A stretch of 63,496 nucleotides of DNA, the filler included, from Octopus bimaculoides (taxonomy: Eukaryota), in the NCBI RefSeq assembly GCF_001194135.2. It is 5 parts of 4 records of this genome, joined end to end, with 100 filler letters (N's around TTAATTAATTAA, not from the genome) between each part and the next. Parts side by side here need not be neighbours in the genome. Positions count along the whole stretch, not along the records: positions 14,065 to 33,388 come from NC_068999.1; positions 33,489 to 48,882 come from NC_068994.1; 3 more parts are not named here. One strand, written 5' to 3'. Every line of letters begins with the position of its first letter. Position 1 is the stretch's first letter. Positions 28,131 to 40,932 of this stretch are shown here, in pieces. Under the pieces are notes generated by a model, which did not search any database, had not been told where the DNA came from, and saw only the letters and a program-made list of their open reading frames with translations. Both the position numbers and the translations under genes were made by a program.

Positions 28131-28315
28131 CAGTTAATACATAATACTCTAATGTCTGAGACTGTTACAGAGACGTAGACAAGTCATAATGTTTACCATT
28201 ATGGTGAAATAAATATTCAAAAACATAACAATGACGAAAAGAATTAGAAAACATCAACACGAGCAACAACAAGAATCACAACAACAACAATAACAAAAAC
28301 AAAATAATAACAATG

Positions 28316-28400
<85 letters not shown>

Positions 28401-29980
28401 TGATGATGATGATGATGAGACAAAATAAAACTAAGGATAATTATATTAATTTGATTTCGTCAAAAGCTTGCTTATGTGACCTTTACATTTGTTAAATGTC
28501 ACATGATATGAAACGATATCAAAATCATGTCTAGGGCAAAGATAAGGTTTATGTGACGTGTAGGGGCCTTTCTATTGTTGTTTGTGTTTCTGGGGGGATT
28601 CTGTCGTCTATTGCATTGAGGTAGTTGTATGGGGACATGCGCTGTAAGAGCGCGTCGTTCATCCATCATTTGTTGGTGATACCCTACTCCTCCAGGCAGA
28701 CGTCACATTTGCACCGCTCAAGCGACAACCTACCAACCCATGGCTGTTTGCGTATCATTGTGGGTGAGGATTTTACTTGGCCTTACTTCGGTTACTTTTA
28801 ATTCCCTTTTCCGAAACGCACAGGAAACCTTGGGTCTAGTGTTTTGGTATGTCAGTCCCCACGCATGGAGAGAATTTTATTGTGTGGTGTTGAAATGGAT
28901 CGCTCTTGTGTTAAGTGTTTGTATTGTTCTGCTTTCGGAGGGACTATACCTTGTAATGTTGAATGGATTCACTGCTGTGTTCTCTACTTCGGCTTTGGTT
29001 GGTGTTACTCTGAATGTATGAAAGAAGGGCTAAAACCCTGAAAAAAAAGCACTGACGCTTAAGACAAACATACAAAAATACCTCGGATAGGCAAACGTTT
29101 AAAACCTGTCTCGCCACATCTTGAAGGGTTTAGCCTGTTGTGGAACTGGTCGGCGCCTATTATTTCTAATTAGTTAGGATGATGGTCAAAGGCACAGAGG
29201 CCATTTAATCAGACTTATAAAGTGGCTGAGTACTTCTGGCCAACCTCTGTCTGCCGCGGTCAAAGACAGCATTGTCTGGGAGGATGTTAGTAAGTCTAGC
29301 TTGAACTGATTTCGTCTGTCATGACAACATGACAATAATTACGGTGTTCTGGTTTATAAAAATCTCGGTTGTGCTGCTATGACTAATCTTGGATAGATTT
29401 GGTTCTGGCCTTGAGGTAGCACAGATATGTTACACAACACGAATATAGCAAAAGTAAATTCTAAAACAAATGACAATAATTCCGAAACACAATTGCCGTT
29501 GTATATAATTAATTAGTAAAACGGTGCAAATGTTGGTGTGAAGAGGAAGGAGGATAACTCGAAACAACGATTACCATTTAGGAAATTCCTGCCGATGTAT
29601 GGTTTCTAGAAATTCGTGTGAATGGGAGGAGGGTAGATACGGAAGATGTTTGAATGCAATGGGTGGCAGTCACGTGATGTGCTTAATTAAGCTGTCGAAT
29701 AGCTAACTGCAGGTAGATGCAAGCAGATATGAGCTACGCTGCATTCGTTGCAAGAATATAGGTTTCGTAACATCCGGGATCCTGTTGCGTTGCCTGCCGT
29801 TGCCATAGTTATCTAATTGCGTGTAAGATTGAACGGGTGTGTGCGTGTGTGTGCACGTGTATATGCGTGGAAGTGTGGCTATGTGTGAGTCTGTGATCTG
29901 TATACGCTTATGTGCATGTAAACACATATATATATACATATACACATATATATATACATATATATGTATTATCTATGTAA

Positions 29981-30020
<40 letters not shown>

Positions 30021-30659
30021 ATACATATACACACACACACACACGCATATATATAAATATATATTTATAATACATACATATATATATATATATATATACA
30101 AATATACACGCATACATACACACAAACACATACATAAAGAGGTGGGGAGAGGGGAAGTGTGTTACATAATACCCATGAAATGCAATAAGCCGGTGTCCCG
30201 CTTTGAGGAGGTGAAGCGAATGAAGGCTGGAGGAAAAGAGGTCTGTGAGTTTGGTTATTTTTCAAACATTTCGTGCTGGGACATTTATTTGAAGAGGAAA
30301 CAGGACGCTGACAGAGTAGGAAGAGGACTAAAGATCAAAAGGTACAACAGGTAAGAAATGACGCCCGACACTTATTTTAGAAACCTGATAAAGTGTAGGA
30401 GGGATTTGGAGGGTTTCAATACTGGATTGATTCAGATGAAAATAGGGTTAGACGAAATGAGGGAGCATTCAGAATAATGATACAGAATAATTTTATATTA
30501 CGCATGCGTATATAAGGTGGGGTGGGGTGTCTGAAAAAGGGTTAGAACGTGGGAATAATTGATTTCTGATATTTGGATTGACTCGGTCAGTTCTGAGTTC
30601 GACTCTGACTTATGTTAAGTTCGTTTTTAATATTTGCGGGTCGATAAATAAAGTAACCG

Positions 30660-31226
30660 TCAGGAACATCTCCTTAGCCCATTTCTTTCTTTTCCTGATA
30701 TTAATTGATTGAAGGAAAGGTTTTCTTCTAGCTACTTGTCCATAATACCCAAGCATATGCAGATATGTAACACACGTTCTTGGACTAACTTCTAGCTGTT
30801 TTGCAATGTTAGAAGCCTTCGAACGGGGTTCATTTTCCACAATTCTCTTCAAACAGAGAAACTTCCTTTCTGAGGGCCCAGGTCGGCCGGAACGAGAATC
30901 TGTTGATTCTTCTCCTTGGCTTTTGAATTGCACAATAATTCTATTAACATTAGCAAGAGGAATTTGAAAATTTTCGGCAATTTTTCACTGGCAAAGACTA
31001 GCTTCAGATGACCCAACAATACGACCTCTTTGAAAATCTGACAGTTCTGCTGAATTTTTTGTGCGTGGCATGGTTACTCTTTGCAAATGTTTAATATAAT
31101 GGCACCTGGAATGAAAAAGAATAATTACATTGTGAATTAAATTCTACACAGCTGAAAACATATTAAGAAGCTTAAATAAGAAATTTTGAAAATTAAAGGT
31201 GTCTATTTGCTTCTTGTATGTCTGTG
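30660..31226 (-). mobile_element. 5' half of a decayed Tc1-family transposon (paired-like HTH region)
   Basis: ATG at 31071: MPRTKNSAELSDFQRGRIVG...*KIAENFQIP...SRSGRPG...VARRKPFLQSINIRKRKKWAKEM. One stop; truncated by a SINE B piece at about 30580-30660, so the DDE domain is absent. Confidence 0.88.
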
Positions 31227-33013
31227 TATATGTATATACGTGTATATGTGTGTGTGTATATGTATGTATGTATAGATGGACAGATAGATAGATAGACACA
31301 CACACACATACTTTGGCAATTTCAACGATAAGTATTCAGGTCACTTGATTCAAAAAAACCTCAACCCCACTGAATTTTCCTCAGACCTGTTGTATCCTTT
31401 ATGTGACACTCACCCAGAATCTGCATGACAACATCGATAAAACCTGGCCCTTCAATTTCTACAACAGTGCCTCCAGTAGGCTTCCGCATAGTTTCCCTCC
31501 ATACAAATCTTTGCAAGGCTTTTGTCGACTCAAGGTTATGATAAAATAAGAAAAATCTACTGCGTTGCTATGAAGCAATGGAATTGCTATTATTTCTATT
31601 ATTATTCCATGTGTAATATTGTCTCTGTTATTCCTATAATTCAATATGCATTTTAATACCTTTAAAAGATTGATACCTCACCTACTGCTACGTCTACAGC
31701 AACATCAGTTTAATTTTCGTCTTACGTTGTCAAGAATGATGAGACCTAACAAAGTTGAAATCTTAATCTTCCTGCCACTAGAACAGCATTTTCTTATAAT
31801 TTCATTAAGCGAAACCCTACAAATACATGAATATCTTCCTCGATTTAAATCTATCATTTCTATCTTTTAAATTATCTTAAATGTTCCTCCGGGTTTTTTG
31901 TTTCATTTTCGTTTTCTGTTCCTGTTTTTGTTGATTTGCCTTCTTCCTTTTGTTGTTGTTTTTCTCCTCGTGTGAATATTATCGTAGTTGGCAACTAGTT
32001 AAGACGATTGACATTTGGCACCTGTAATGAGGAATTCTTATCAATTTGACATTCAGGAAAATAATTCGTTTTCGCTCGACACTGTTGAACTGTACTTTTC
32101 AAATAATGTCTTTGTGAGGTGAGAATTAATTGATGTTAGAGAAAGCGAGGAATGTGATGAAGAAGAATCCAAAAGCACAGTCCTAGGTGACATGGTAGTA
32201 TAATAATAATGATGATTTCTAAGCTTTGCAGTTCACGTATGGGCAAAAACAAATAGTGGGGAAGGAGGAGCAGTAGCAGTCGAAATCGAACCCTGATTGT
32301 TTCAAGATTTTCGTTATACTGATCTTACGAACAAAAGGACCAACGGGGATTTATTAGATATCAGACCCTCCTACACGAACACCTCTGCAATGTTTCTGCA
32401 ATATTTCAGTTGTTGTATATTACGATGCAATATTCTCGTTGTTGTTTATATTAATGCAACATGATAGTTGCTGCAACTGTTTATATAACCGCAGTATTCT
32501 TGTTGTTATTGTTGTTGTTGTTGTTATTGTTGTTGTTATTGTTGTTGTTGTTGTTGTTGTTATTGTTTATATTGATGCAATATTGTTATTGTATATTTTG
32601 GTGCAATAGTGTGCTTCTTGTGTGTTTTACATGCGTGAAACATTGTTATTTTTTCAATTATATTAACCTCAAATTGTTCATGTTTATATTCGCACAATAT
32701 TATAGTAGATTATTTTTCTCCTTACAATATTGTTCTTGTTGTTGTTGTTCTGAATTCTCCCTTTTGTTGATCTATTCTATTCAATCATTACCCTTCGTCT
32801 TGCCACCATGTTGTTCTTTCTGCTGTAATTATTCTTCTTCATGTTGTTGACGTGGTTGTTTCCTTGATTATCTTTATATAGGCACCTTCTATTCTCAATA
32901 ATACTATCACTACCGGAGCAGCAGCAGCAGCGGCGGCAGCGGCAGCAGCGGCGGCAGCGGCAGCAGCGGCGGCAGCGGCAGCAGCGGCAGCAGAAGTTGA
33001 AGCAGTAGCAACT

Positions 33014-33060
<47 letters not shown>

Positions 33061-33153
33061 CATTGTTTTTGGTCTTTTTATTATTATTACTATTGTTATT
33101 TAGCATTTGTTATTTTCATTTTATATTCATCATCATCATCATCGTCATCATCA

Positions 33154-33209
<56 letters not shown>

Positions 33210-33354
33210 TTCATCTTCCTTCTATCTTAATCACTATTTTTCCTTGATCTTGTACTTAACCTCCAGAGTTTACCGCAGATAACCACTGAATTGTTGTCGG
33301 TATTGGTTCTGTGTGTATATATATGTATGAATATATATGTGTGTGTGTGTGTGA

Positions 33355-33388
<34 letters not shown>

Positions 33389-33488
33389 NNNNNNNNNNNN
33401 NNNNNNNNNNNNNNNNNNNNNNNNNNNNNNNNTTAATTAATTAANNNNNNNNNNNNNNNNNNNNNNNNNNNNNNNNNNNNNNNNNNNN
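33389..33488. other. Artificial scaffold join
   Basis: 44 N + TTAATTAATTAA (33433-33444) + 44 N. Confidence 0.95.
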
Positions 33489-34040
33489 CAACGAAAGCCA
33501 GGTACAGAGGTTTATCCTTGGCTAGGTATTTCTCCTGCAGCTGTCTTACTAGAAATATGACATCAGTAGTGCTTTTACCTGGCACGAACCCAAACTGCAT
33601 CTCATCTAAATTGATTCGCTCCCTAATTAGTTGGGCTATGACCCTCTCTGTAACTTTCATAACCTGATCTAACAGCTTGATGCCTCTGTGATTATTTGTA
33701 TCTAAAGCGTCACCTTTACCTTTGTAGCAGTTGACTATGGTGCTGCTACACCAGTCATTGGGTATGACTCCTTCGTGTAACATGATTCTTATGGTAATAA
33801 TCTATCTACTGACAAGAGGATTTGACTTAACTACAAGCAATGTAGTAGTACTACTGATGAGCTTTAATTTCAAGCGAAACTGACATGCCAATTTAGCCCC
33901 CTCGCTCACTATGGGGCAGTTAACTCCCCTATCAGTACATAGACCTGTGCTATGTTTGTGGCTACAAGGGTCTTGACACTGATTTCTAGCAATGTAGGTG
34001 CTACAGTGGATCCTCAGTCACTATTAGGGACAATTGAAGT
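33489..34040 (-). mobile_element. RTE-clade LINE reverse transcriptase fragment
   Basis: IPNDWCSSTIVNCYKGKGDALDTNNHRGIKLLDQVMKV...EMQFGFVPGKSTTDVIFLVRQLQEKYLAKDKPLYLAFV, cut by a scaffold join. Confidence 0.92.
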
Positions 34041-34401
34041 CTTCCTTTTTGATTTTATATTGTGTCTATCCATATTTATTATTATTATTACTATTATATA
34101 TATATATAAATACACACCCATTTATGAATTTGTGTTGTAAGATCCCTGACATGAAACTATGTGTTGAAACAGATATTGTACTTAGGGATGGTCTTCTTTT
34201 TTTTTTTTTTTTACTCTTTTCTAAACAGACACACCCACTATGCATTCATTCTTCACTCTTATTCTAACTCATGTCCATTAACCAAAAATCTTTTGCCACT
34301 TGCATTTAAACATTTCATTTTTTGTTTCTTGATTTTGTTGTTTTCTTTTTTTATGTTTGTTTGTTTTATAAAGATTGTCGTGACTTTTATTTCTTCCTCA
34401 G

Positions 34402-34535
34402 GGAGCATTTTGTGTATGCTTCAATGGCTTGATAAAGCTCTCGACTGCAATAAAAGACGATACAAAGGTTTCACCCCATACGAGATTGTGCAAGGCCTGG
34501 AAAAGTTGGCTGTCACAGATTCTAACAAATTAAAG
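34402..34535 (+). CDS. ARM-TIR protein, first detected exon (helical repeat region)
   Basis: Acceptor ttttatttcttcctcag, donor AAG|gtgaac; 134 nt, phase 1 to 0; (x)SILCMLQWLDKALDCNKRRYKGFTPYEIVQGLEKLAVTDSNKLK, joining the next exon in frame. Confidence 0.82.
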
Positions 34536-34879
34536 GTGAACTTACTTTGAGACCATATTCTGTTCTTTATTCTGAAGGAATTAAACTTATGCTTCTTTGA
34601 GATTAAGACTTCTCTCTCTCACTGTCTCTCTATCTCTCTCTCTCTTTCTCACTGTCTCTCCATCTCTCTCTCTCTCTCATTGTCTCTCCATCTCTCTCTC
34701 ATTGTCTCTCCATCTCTCTCTCTCTCACTGTCTCTCCATCTCTCTCTCTCTTTCTCACTGTCTCTCCATCTCTCTCTCTCTCTTTCTCACTATCTCTTCA
34801 TCTCTCTCTCTCTCTCTCTCCATCTCTCTCTCTCTCTCTCTCTAACTCTCTTCCACCTTCCTCTCTTTGTTTGCCCCAC

Positions 34880-35155
34880 AGGAATCACCAAGAATCTCCT
34901 CAACAGAAAGAGGGCTACCTCTGTTCCCTTAACTGGTGTCACATTAAAAGCGCCTGTGCCACGTATGAAGCACTGCACTGGTACAACATAAAAAGCACCC
35001 CCAGTCCACTCTGTAAAGTGGTGGGCATTATAGGAAGGGCATCCAGCCATAGAAACTCTGCCGAAACAGACAATTGGAGAGTGGTACAGTTCTCTGGGTG
35101 GCCAGCTCCTGTCAAGCCGTCCGAACCATGCCGGCATAGAAAATGGATGTTAAAA
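34880..35155 (-). mobile_element. Family C repeat (LINE/SINE 3' tail next to a (GAT)n tract)
   Basis: Reverse complement of the 35410-35550, 44090-44240 and 47010-47190 copies (ccatgctggcatgggttggacgg...ggatgcccttcct). Confidence 0.8.
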
Positions 35156-35319
35156 GATGATGATGATGATGATGGCAATGACTATGACGATGATGACGAT
35201 GATGACGGCAATGGTAATGATGATGATGAAAAGGAGGAGGAGGAGGAGGGAAATGATGATGATGATGATGATGGTGGGGATGGTGATGACGACGATGATA
35301 ATGGTGGTGATGATGATGA

Positions 35320-35612
35320 CAAGTATCTTCTTCTATAGCCTCAGGCCGACCAAAGCCTTGTGAGTGGATTTGGTAGCCGTAAACTGAAAGAAACACATCA
35401 TATCATCATCATCAGCAGCAGCATCCTTTAACGCCTGTTTTCCATGCTGGCATGGGTTAGACGGTTTGACAAGAGCTGACCAGGCAGGAATCTGCACCAG
35501 ACTTCTATGTCTGTTTTGGCAAGGTTTTTACAAAGCTGGATGTCCTTCCTAACACATATATGTGTGTGTGTGTGTGTGTGTATGCATATATGTGTATTTA
35601 TGTGTACGTATG

Positions 35613-35649
<37 letters not shown>

Positions 35650-35880
35650 GTGTGCGTGTGTCTTTCTGTCTGTCAGCGTTTGTCCCCCACCACTGCTTGA
35701 CAACTGGTGTTGGTGTGTTTACATCCCAGTAGTAACTTAGCAGTTTGGCAAAAGAGACTGATAGAATAAGTGTCGAGCTTTAGAAAATAAAACTACTGGG
35801 GTTGATTCATTTGACCGAAATTCTTCTAGGCACTGCCCCAACATGGCCACAGACTGAAGCAATTAAAAAATAAATGATGA
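35320..35880 (+). mobile_element. SINE family A copy interrupted by a family C copy (about 35395-35552)
   Basis: Family A middle at 35320-35392 and 3' half at about 35650-35880 flank the family C sequence. Confidence 0.75.
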
Positions 35881-35974
35881 AAGATAAAATCCTAGATGTC
35901 ACTGCTGTTATTTCTTCTTTACCACTTTTTTTTTTACAGTTGTATATATTGTTTTTGTTTTTTTTTATTCTTAG

Positions 35975-36230
35975 ATTGTTGATGGTGGAATATTATCGAT
36001 GCTAAGTCGTATGTTACAATTTGATGACGTCCGCGAGCAATGCTCAGCTGCAAGGATTCTGTGGACGTTAATGTTTGATGAAAATGTGCGCGAAAGGTTA
36101 ATAAATGATGAACAAGCGTTGGTAACTCTACTGGAATCTCTCAAAGACAACAAAGACAAACTAGTCAGTGCAAATGTTAAAGGGGTGTTGTGGTTATTAA
36201 ATGGAGCAACACAAGTAACGGAGGTTGACA
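35975..36230 (+). CDS. ARM-TIR protein exon (ARM/HEAT-like repeats)
   Basis: Acceptor ttttttattcttag, donor ACA|gtaaga; 256 nt, phase 0 to 1; IVDGGILSMLSRMLQFDDVREQCSAARILWTLMFDENVRERL...VSANVKGVLWLLNGATQVTEVD, with ARM-like AARILWTL and VKGVLWLL helices. Confidence 0.88.
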
Positions 36231-36744
36231 GTAAGATTTTTCATTTCTTTCTCACTTTCATTTCTGTTTAATGCTTTTTTAAAAAAACTAAACAGATTAT
36301 GAGATTAAAAATATTGAGTTTTATTTGGATGGTTAAAATCTTATTATTTATAATTCTATAGAAAATTCAAAATTCGGTTTAAAATTCAAAATTCTATTTA
36401 AAATTTAAAATTCAGTTTGATATTCATAATTTTGTCTAATTTTATAATTCTATTTAAAATTCAAAATTCTATTTCAAATTTATAAAATGGGTGATTCTGT
36501 GACAGACCAGTGTCCCATCTAAGTGGGGAAATATATGCGCCAAAAAAAACTAACAGACTTATGAGTCTGTCTGACTTGAGAAGCAGGACGTTTATTCAAA
36601 TTATTCTTCTTGAAATCCATTTGCTGACATTTTGTTTTGTAAAAAAAAAATTATTATTTCCAAAATTAAAAAAAAAAAATAAAAATCCAATCCCAAAATG
36701 AAATTCCTGTTTTTTTTTTCTCTTTTTTCTTTTGTTGTTTCCAG

Positions 36745-36839
36745 AGGAGACGGTCCGTGCAAGAGCAAAGACACATGTTTTTATCAGTTACTCAGTGGTA
36801 GACAAAGAAAGTGTATGGAGAATCCGAGACAGGTTAAAG
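36745..36839 (+). CDS. ARM-TIR protein exon (linker, TIR betaA and alphaA)
   Basis: Acceptor ttcttttgttgtttccag, donor AAG|gttggt; 95 nt, phase 1 to 0; (K)ETVRARAKTHVFISYSVVDKESVWRIRDRLK, containing the TIR FISY motif. Confidence 0.88.
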
Positions 36840-37678
36840 GTTGGTTTCCACTTCAGATCTTACTGTTGTTACTTTTGTTGATCAGCCCTGAGTCAGCCTT
36901 GAGTCAACCCTGTGTCAACTTGCTTCAATAATTGCTTTTAGTTGGAGGAATTTGGAATGGAGCGGAGGGCAGAGGATGGATTTAGAGAATATAAGCGACA
37001 CTGTAATGTTATCTCTCCCTTTTTATTACACAGAATAGAGTAGAGAAGCAGTGCTGACTGATTGGCAGTCTTTAGATTGGTAAGTTTGGTGGTAGGGAAC
37101 TGCTGTAATGTGTGTGTGTGAGGAAATGGTAGCAGTGTGTTTGTGGATAACTAACTGTGCTGCATTGCCTGTAGGAATTTATAGGATGTTAGTAAAGGAA
37201 GGCTTACTAATCAATCAGATTGCGAAGGAAATCAATATCTACTAACTACAGATCACTATATACTCACTTACTCACTTGTGTGTCTGCCTAATTTTGCAGG
37301 CAGCAGTAAAATGGCAAAAGTTGATGAAGAATTTGGTTAAAGGGAAATAAATCTCTGATTCCATTTTGATAAATCTGATAACAACAATTCTAATCTTTAA
37401 TTTTCTAAAACAGATAAAGCAAAACCATGAACCTATTACTTTTAGTTTCTCACTATAATTATATTAATTATTGAGGATGGACGCTTTTAGTGGGTGAAGT
37501 TCTATTTACATTTAATTAAAACCAAAAACAACCACATTATTTCCTAATACGGTAATCACAGTTTCACTACACATTCCCCAAATCATTTCTCTTTGGTGAA
37601 ATTCTTCAATAAATTCTATCCTAGTAATACTGGTAATACTGCAGTATTAATGTCTAGGCCATTAATATGTATGTATGT

Positions 37679-37713
<35 letters not shown>

Positions 37714-37874
37714 NNNNNNNNNNNNNNNNNNNNNNNNNNNNNNNNNNNNNNNNNNNNNNNNNNNNNNNNNNNNNNNNNNNNNNNNNNNNNNNNNNNNNNN
37801 NNNNNNNNNNNNNNNNNNNNNNNNNNNNNNNNNNNNNNNNNNNNNNNNNNNNNNNNNNNNNNNNNNNNNNNNNN

Positions 37875-38080
37875 ATATATTTAAATTATGTCAGAAAAAT
37901 GTTATAAAATCTTTTTGGTATATAAACATTGTATTTTGAGAAATAACCGCTCTGGAGCGAACACGTTACAATGAAGTAGAGAAATTTGAAAAGACAACAC
38001 GAAACCAGTTATTTCTCAAAATACAATGTTTATATACCAAAAAGATTTTATAAGATTTTTCTGACATAATTTAAATATAT
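37875..38080. repeat. Foldback / MITE-like inverted repeat
   Basis: 73-bp arms 37875-37947 and 38008-38080 with one mismatch and a 60-bp spacer; left end abuts an N gap. Confidence 0.85.
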
Positions 38081-38204
38081 ACTTTAACCATGTAACACAA
38101 GCCTTCTGTAGTTTTTTCACTCTTATTATCTTTTATACATCCAACCACGTGCTTTCACATACCAACTTTCTCATATATATATATATATATATATATCTTT
38201 TATC

Positions 38205-38610
38205 CCTCTCTTCTACTGGTTTTAGTCATTAGACTGTGGCCATGCTGGGGCACCGCCTTGAGGAATTTTTGTCGAATAAATCAATGCCAGTACTTGTATA
38301 ATTTTTAAGCCTGGTACTTATTGTATCAGTTTCTTTTGCTGAACTGCTAAGTTACAGGGATGTAAACACACCAACACCAGTTGTAAAGCAGTGGTGGGGG
38401 GACAAACATAGACACAAAAGCACACATGACAGGGTTCTTTCAGTAAAAAAAGCACCCACTACACTCTCGGAGTGGTTGGTGTTAGGAAGGGCATCCAACT
38501 GTAGAAAAACCTTGCCAGATCAGATTGGTGCCAGGTGAGGCCTCCTGGCTTGCCAGTCCCCAGTCAAACCGTCCAACCCATGCCAATATGGAAAGTGAGT
38601 GTTAAACGAT
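38205..38610 (-). mobile_element. SINE family A 3' half (38205-38445) plus family C copy (38445-38610)
   Basis: Reverse-complement matches to the plus-strand family members; most CpGs mutated. Confidence 0.8.
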
Positions 38611-38702
38611 GATGATGATGATAATGATGATGATGATGACGCACCATGTTACAACCAAACCCACGTCACATTGATGATAATCACTATTACTTTAGTAACA
38701 TG

Positions 38703-38738
<36 letters not shown>

Positions 38739-40622
38739 GGGAATTTGCATTTTCCGTATCTTCACATGCATCCACTGTTTGTAAACAGTGAGCCTTGTTG
38801 TTGTTGGTGTTACTTACATGCCATCCAGTATGTAAGTTCGTCCCAGTTTCTCGACACGTCTCAACATGTTATGCTGTCTTTCTAAACAAACGGCTCATTC
38901 ACGCAGTGTCAATCATCTGTTTTCATTTCTGCACATAATAATTAGCTCTTTTGAAAACAAGTGGGGTGAAGTGCGTTGGGTGAATTGGCAACAGGAAATG
39001 TACTTAGCCATTGAGTTCTCTGTTCTGGCATAATTTCATGTGACCCACGTGACAACAACGACAACAATGTCAATAATGGTGATGACGATGATGATGATGA
39101 CGATGACAATGATGATGATGACAACAAAGATCTTGGTCATTGCCTCCATGAGACCCAACACTCAAAAGAAGCTCAGCCACTTTGCTTCCATGAGGCCCAA
39201 TGCTCAAAAGGACACCCTGTTAATGACACCCTGACTCAGCTCCACATGACTTAAAGTTGTGTGGGTATGTAGGACACACCCATCTCATCAGATGTCAGGT
39301 GAAGACTGAGAGAGAGTTAAGACAAATCCAAGATGGCTTCTAGGTGTTGAGCCTCTGTTGGTCAACTCAGGTTACTTAACAGCAATGTTGTGAAAGCAAC
39401 ACCATCTATTTTTCTTTATTCTTAGGTCCATATGAAATTGCAGTTTAGGTGTGAGAGGTCAGATACGGTCAGTTTGAATATAAAACAGGGAGAATATTTA
39501 GGCCAGTGGCTGATTTGAATGCTCAAGGGTTCAGGCTTTATTTATCCACACCAAAAAGAACCGAATGCAGAGCTGACCTCAGCCGGATTTGAACTGAGGT
39601 TGTTGACTGCCATAACAGATACTGCATGGCACTATATACTTGATTGTCTGACAACTCAGTTCATTTGTTTTGGGGAAACAATCTGAATTGATTATGTTTT
39701 GTTTGGGGTTTGTTTGTTTTTCTTTCAGTAAACTTAGCATGTTTTCTCTTGTCAAAGCAATTAAGTTAATTGTTATGCAAATGAGTTGAGCTAGGCAGAC
39801 AGTTAATTGCTTTGTCAGTAAGATATTTACCTTCTATGAATTTCCAGTTGAAGCAAATCAAAAAAGCAAAAATCTGTGACAGCGAAAATTATTCAATAAA
39901 GTTATATGTATGTTTAACCCTATAACATTTAAACTGTCCAGATCCAGCCTCTCACACCTACCTACAATGTCATTCTAAAAACAAACAGTCATATCATTGA
40001 AATCTTGAAGCTACGAGACAATGCTGAAAGGTTAAAAGTGTATGCCATAGATGAGACAAGAATACAGACATTTTGAAAAAATTTTCCCTTTTTAAAAAGA
40101 TTTAAAAGAGTTTGAATTTCTGTTTCCCAGGAGAAGAGTTTTGCTACTTGACATGTTAAGCTCACATCTTCCTATAACTGGGTAAGTTTATTCAAATGGA
40201 TAAAATTTAACAGTTTTGAGGCGAAATATAAAAGTAAACTGATTTACAGAGAGGTGATAGTGTGATATTTACCATTCTACTAATTCCTCATCATCATTAT
40301 CATTATCATCATTGTTTAACATCCATCTTCCATACTGGCTTGGGTTAAATTGTTCAACAGGATCTGACAAATGGGAGAACTGCACCAAGCTCTGATGCCT
40401 GGCATGGCTTCTTTGACTGGATGCCCTTCCTAGTACCAACCACTAGCCATTAGTTCATTTAGCTAAAAAGAAAGCAATTTTTATTTCTTCATACAATATG
40501 CAGAAAACACCACCAAGTAGCACTTTGTATACTTATTATAAATACAGTATGTTCTCTCATACATGTAAAAAATAAGTTGAAAATCTTCAAGCCATGAATA
40601 TTATACCAAAAAAAATCAACAG

Positions 40623-40932
40623 GTGCAGGAATGGCTGTGTGGTAAGTAGCTTGCTTACGAATCACATGGTTCCAGGTTCAGTCCCACTGCATGGCACCTT
40701 GGGCAAGTGTCTTCTACTATAGCCTCGGGCCGACCAAAGTCTTGTGAGTGGATTTGGTAGACAGAAACTGAAAGAAGCCCGTCGTATATATGTGTGTGTT
40801 TGTGTGTCTGTGTTTGTCCCCCCGACATCGCTTGACAACTGATGCTGGTGTGTTTACGTCACCCGTAACTTAGCGGTTCGGCAAAAAGAGACCGATAGGA
40901 TAAGTACTAGGCTTACAAAGAATAAGTCCTGG
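40623..40932 (+). mobile_element. SINE family A copy running into a gap
   Basis: tRNA-like head through cttacaaagaataagtcctgg; relatively intact. Confidence 0.88.
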
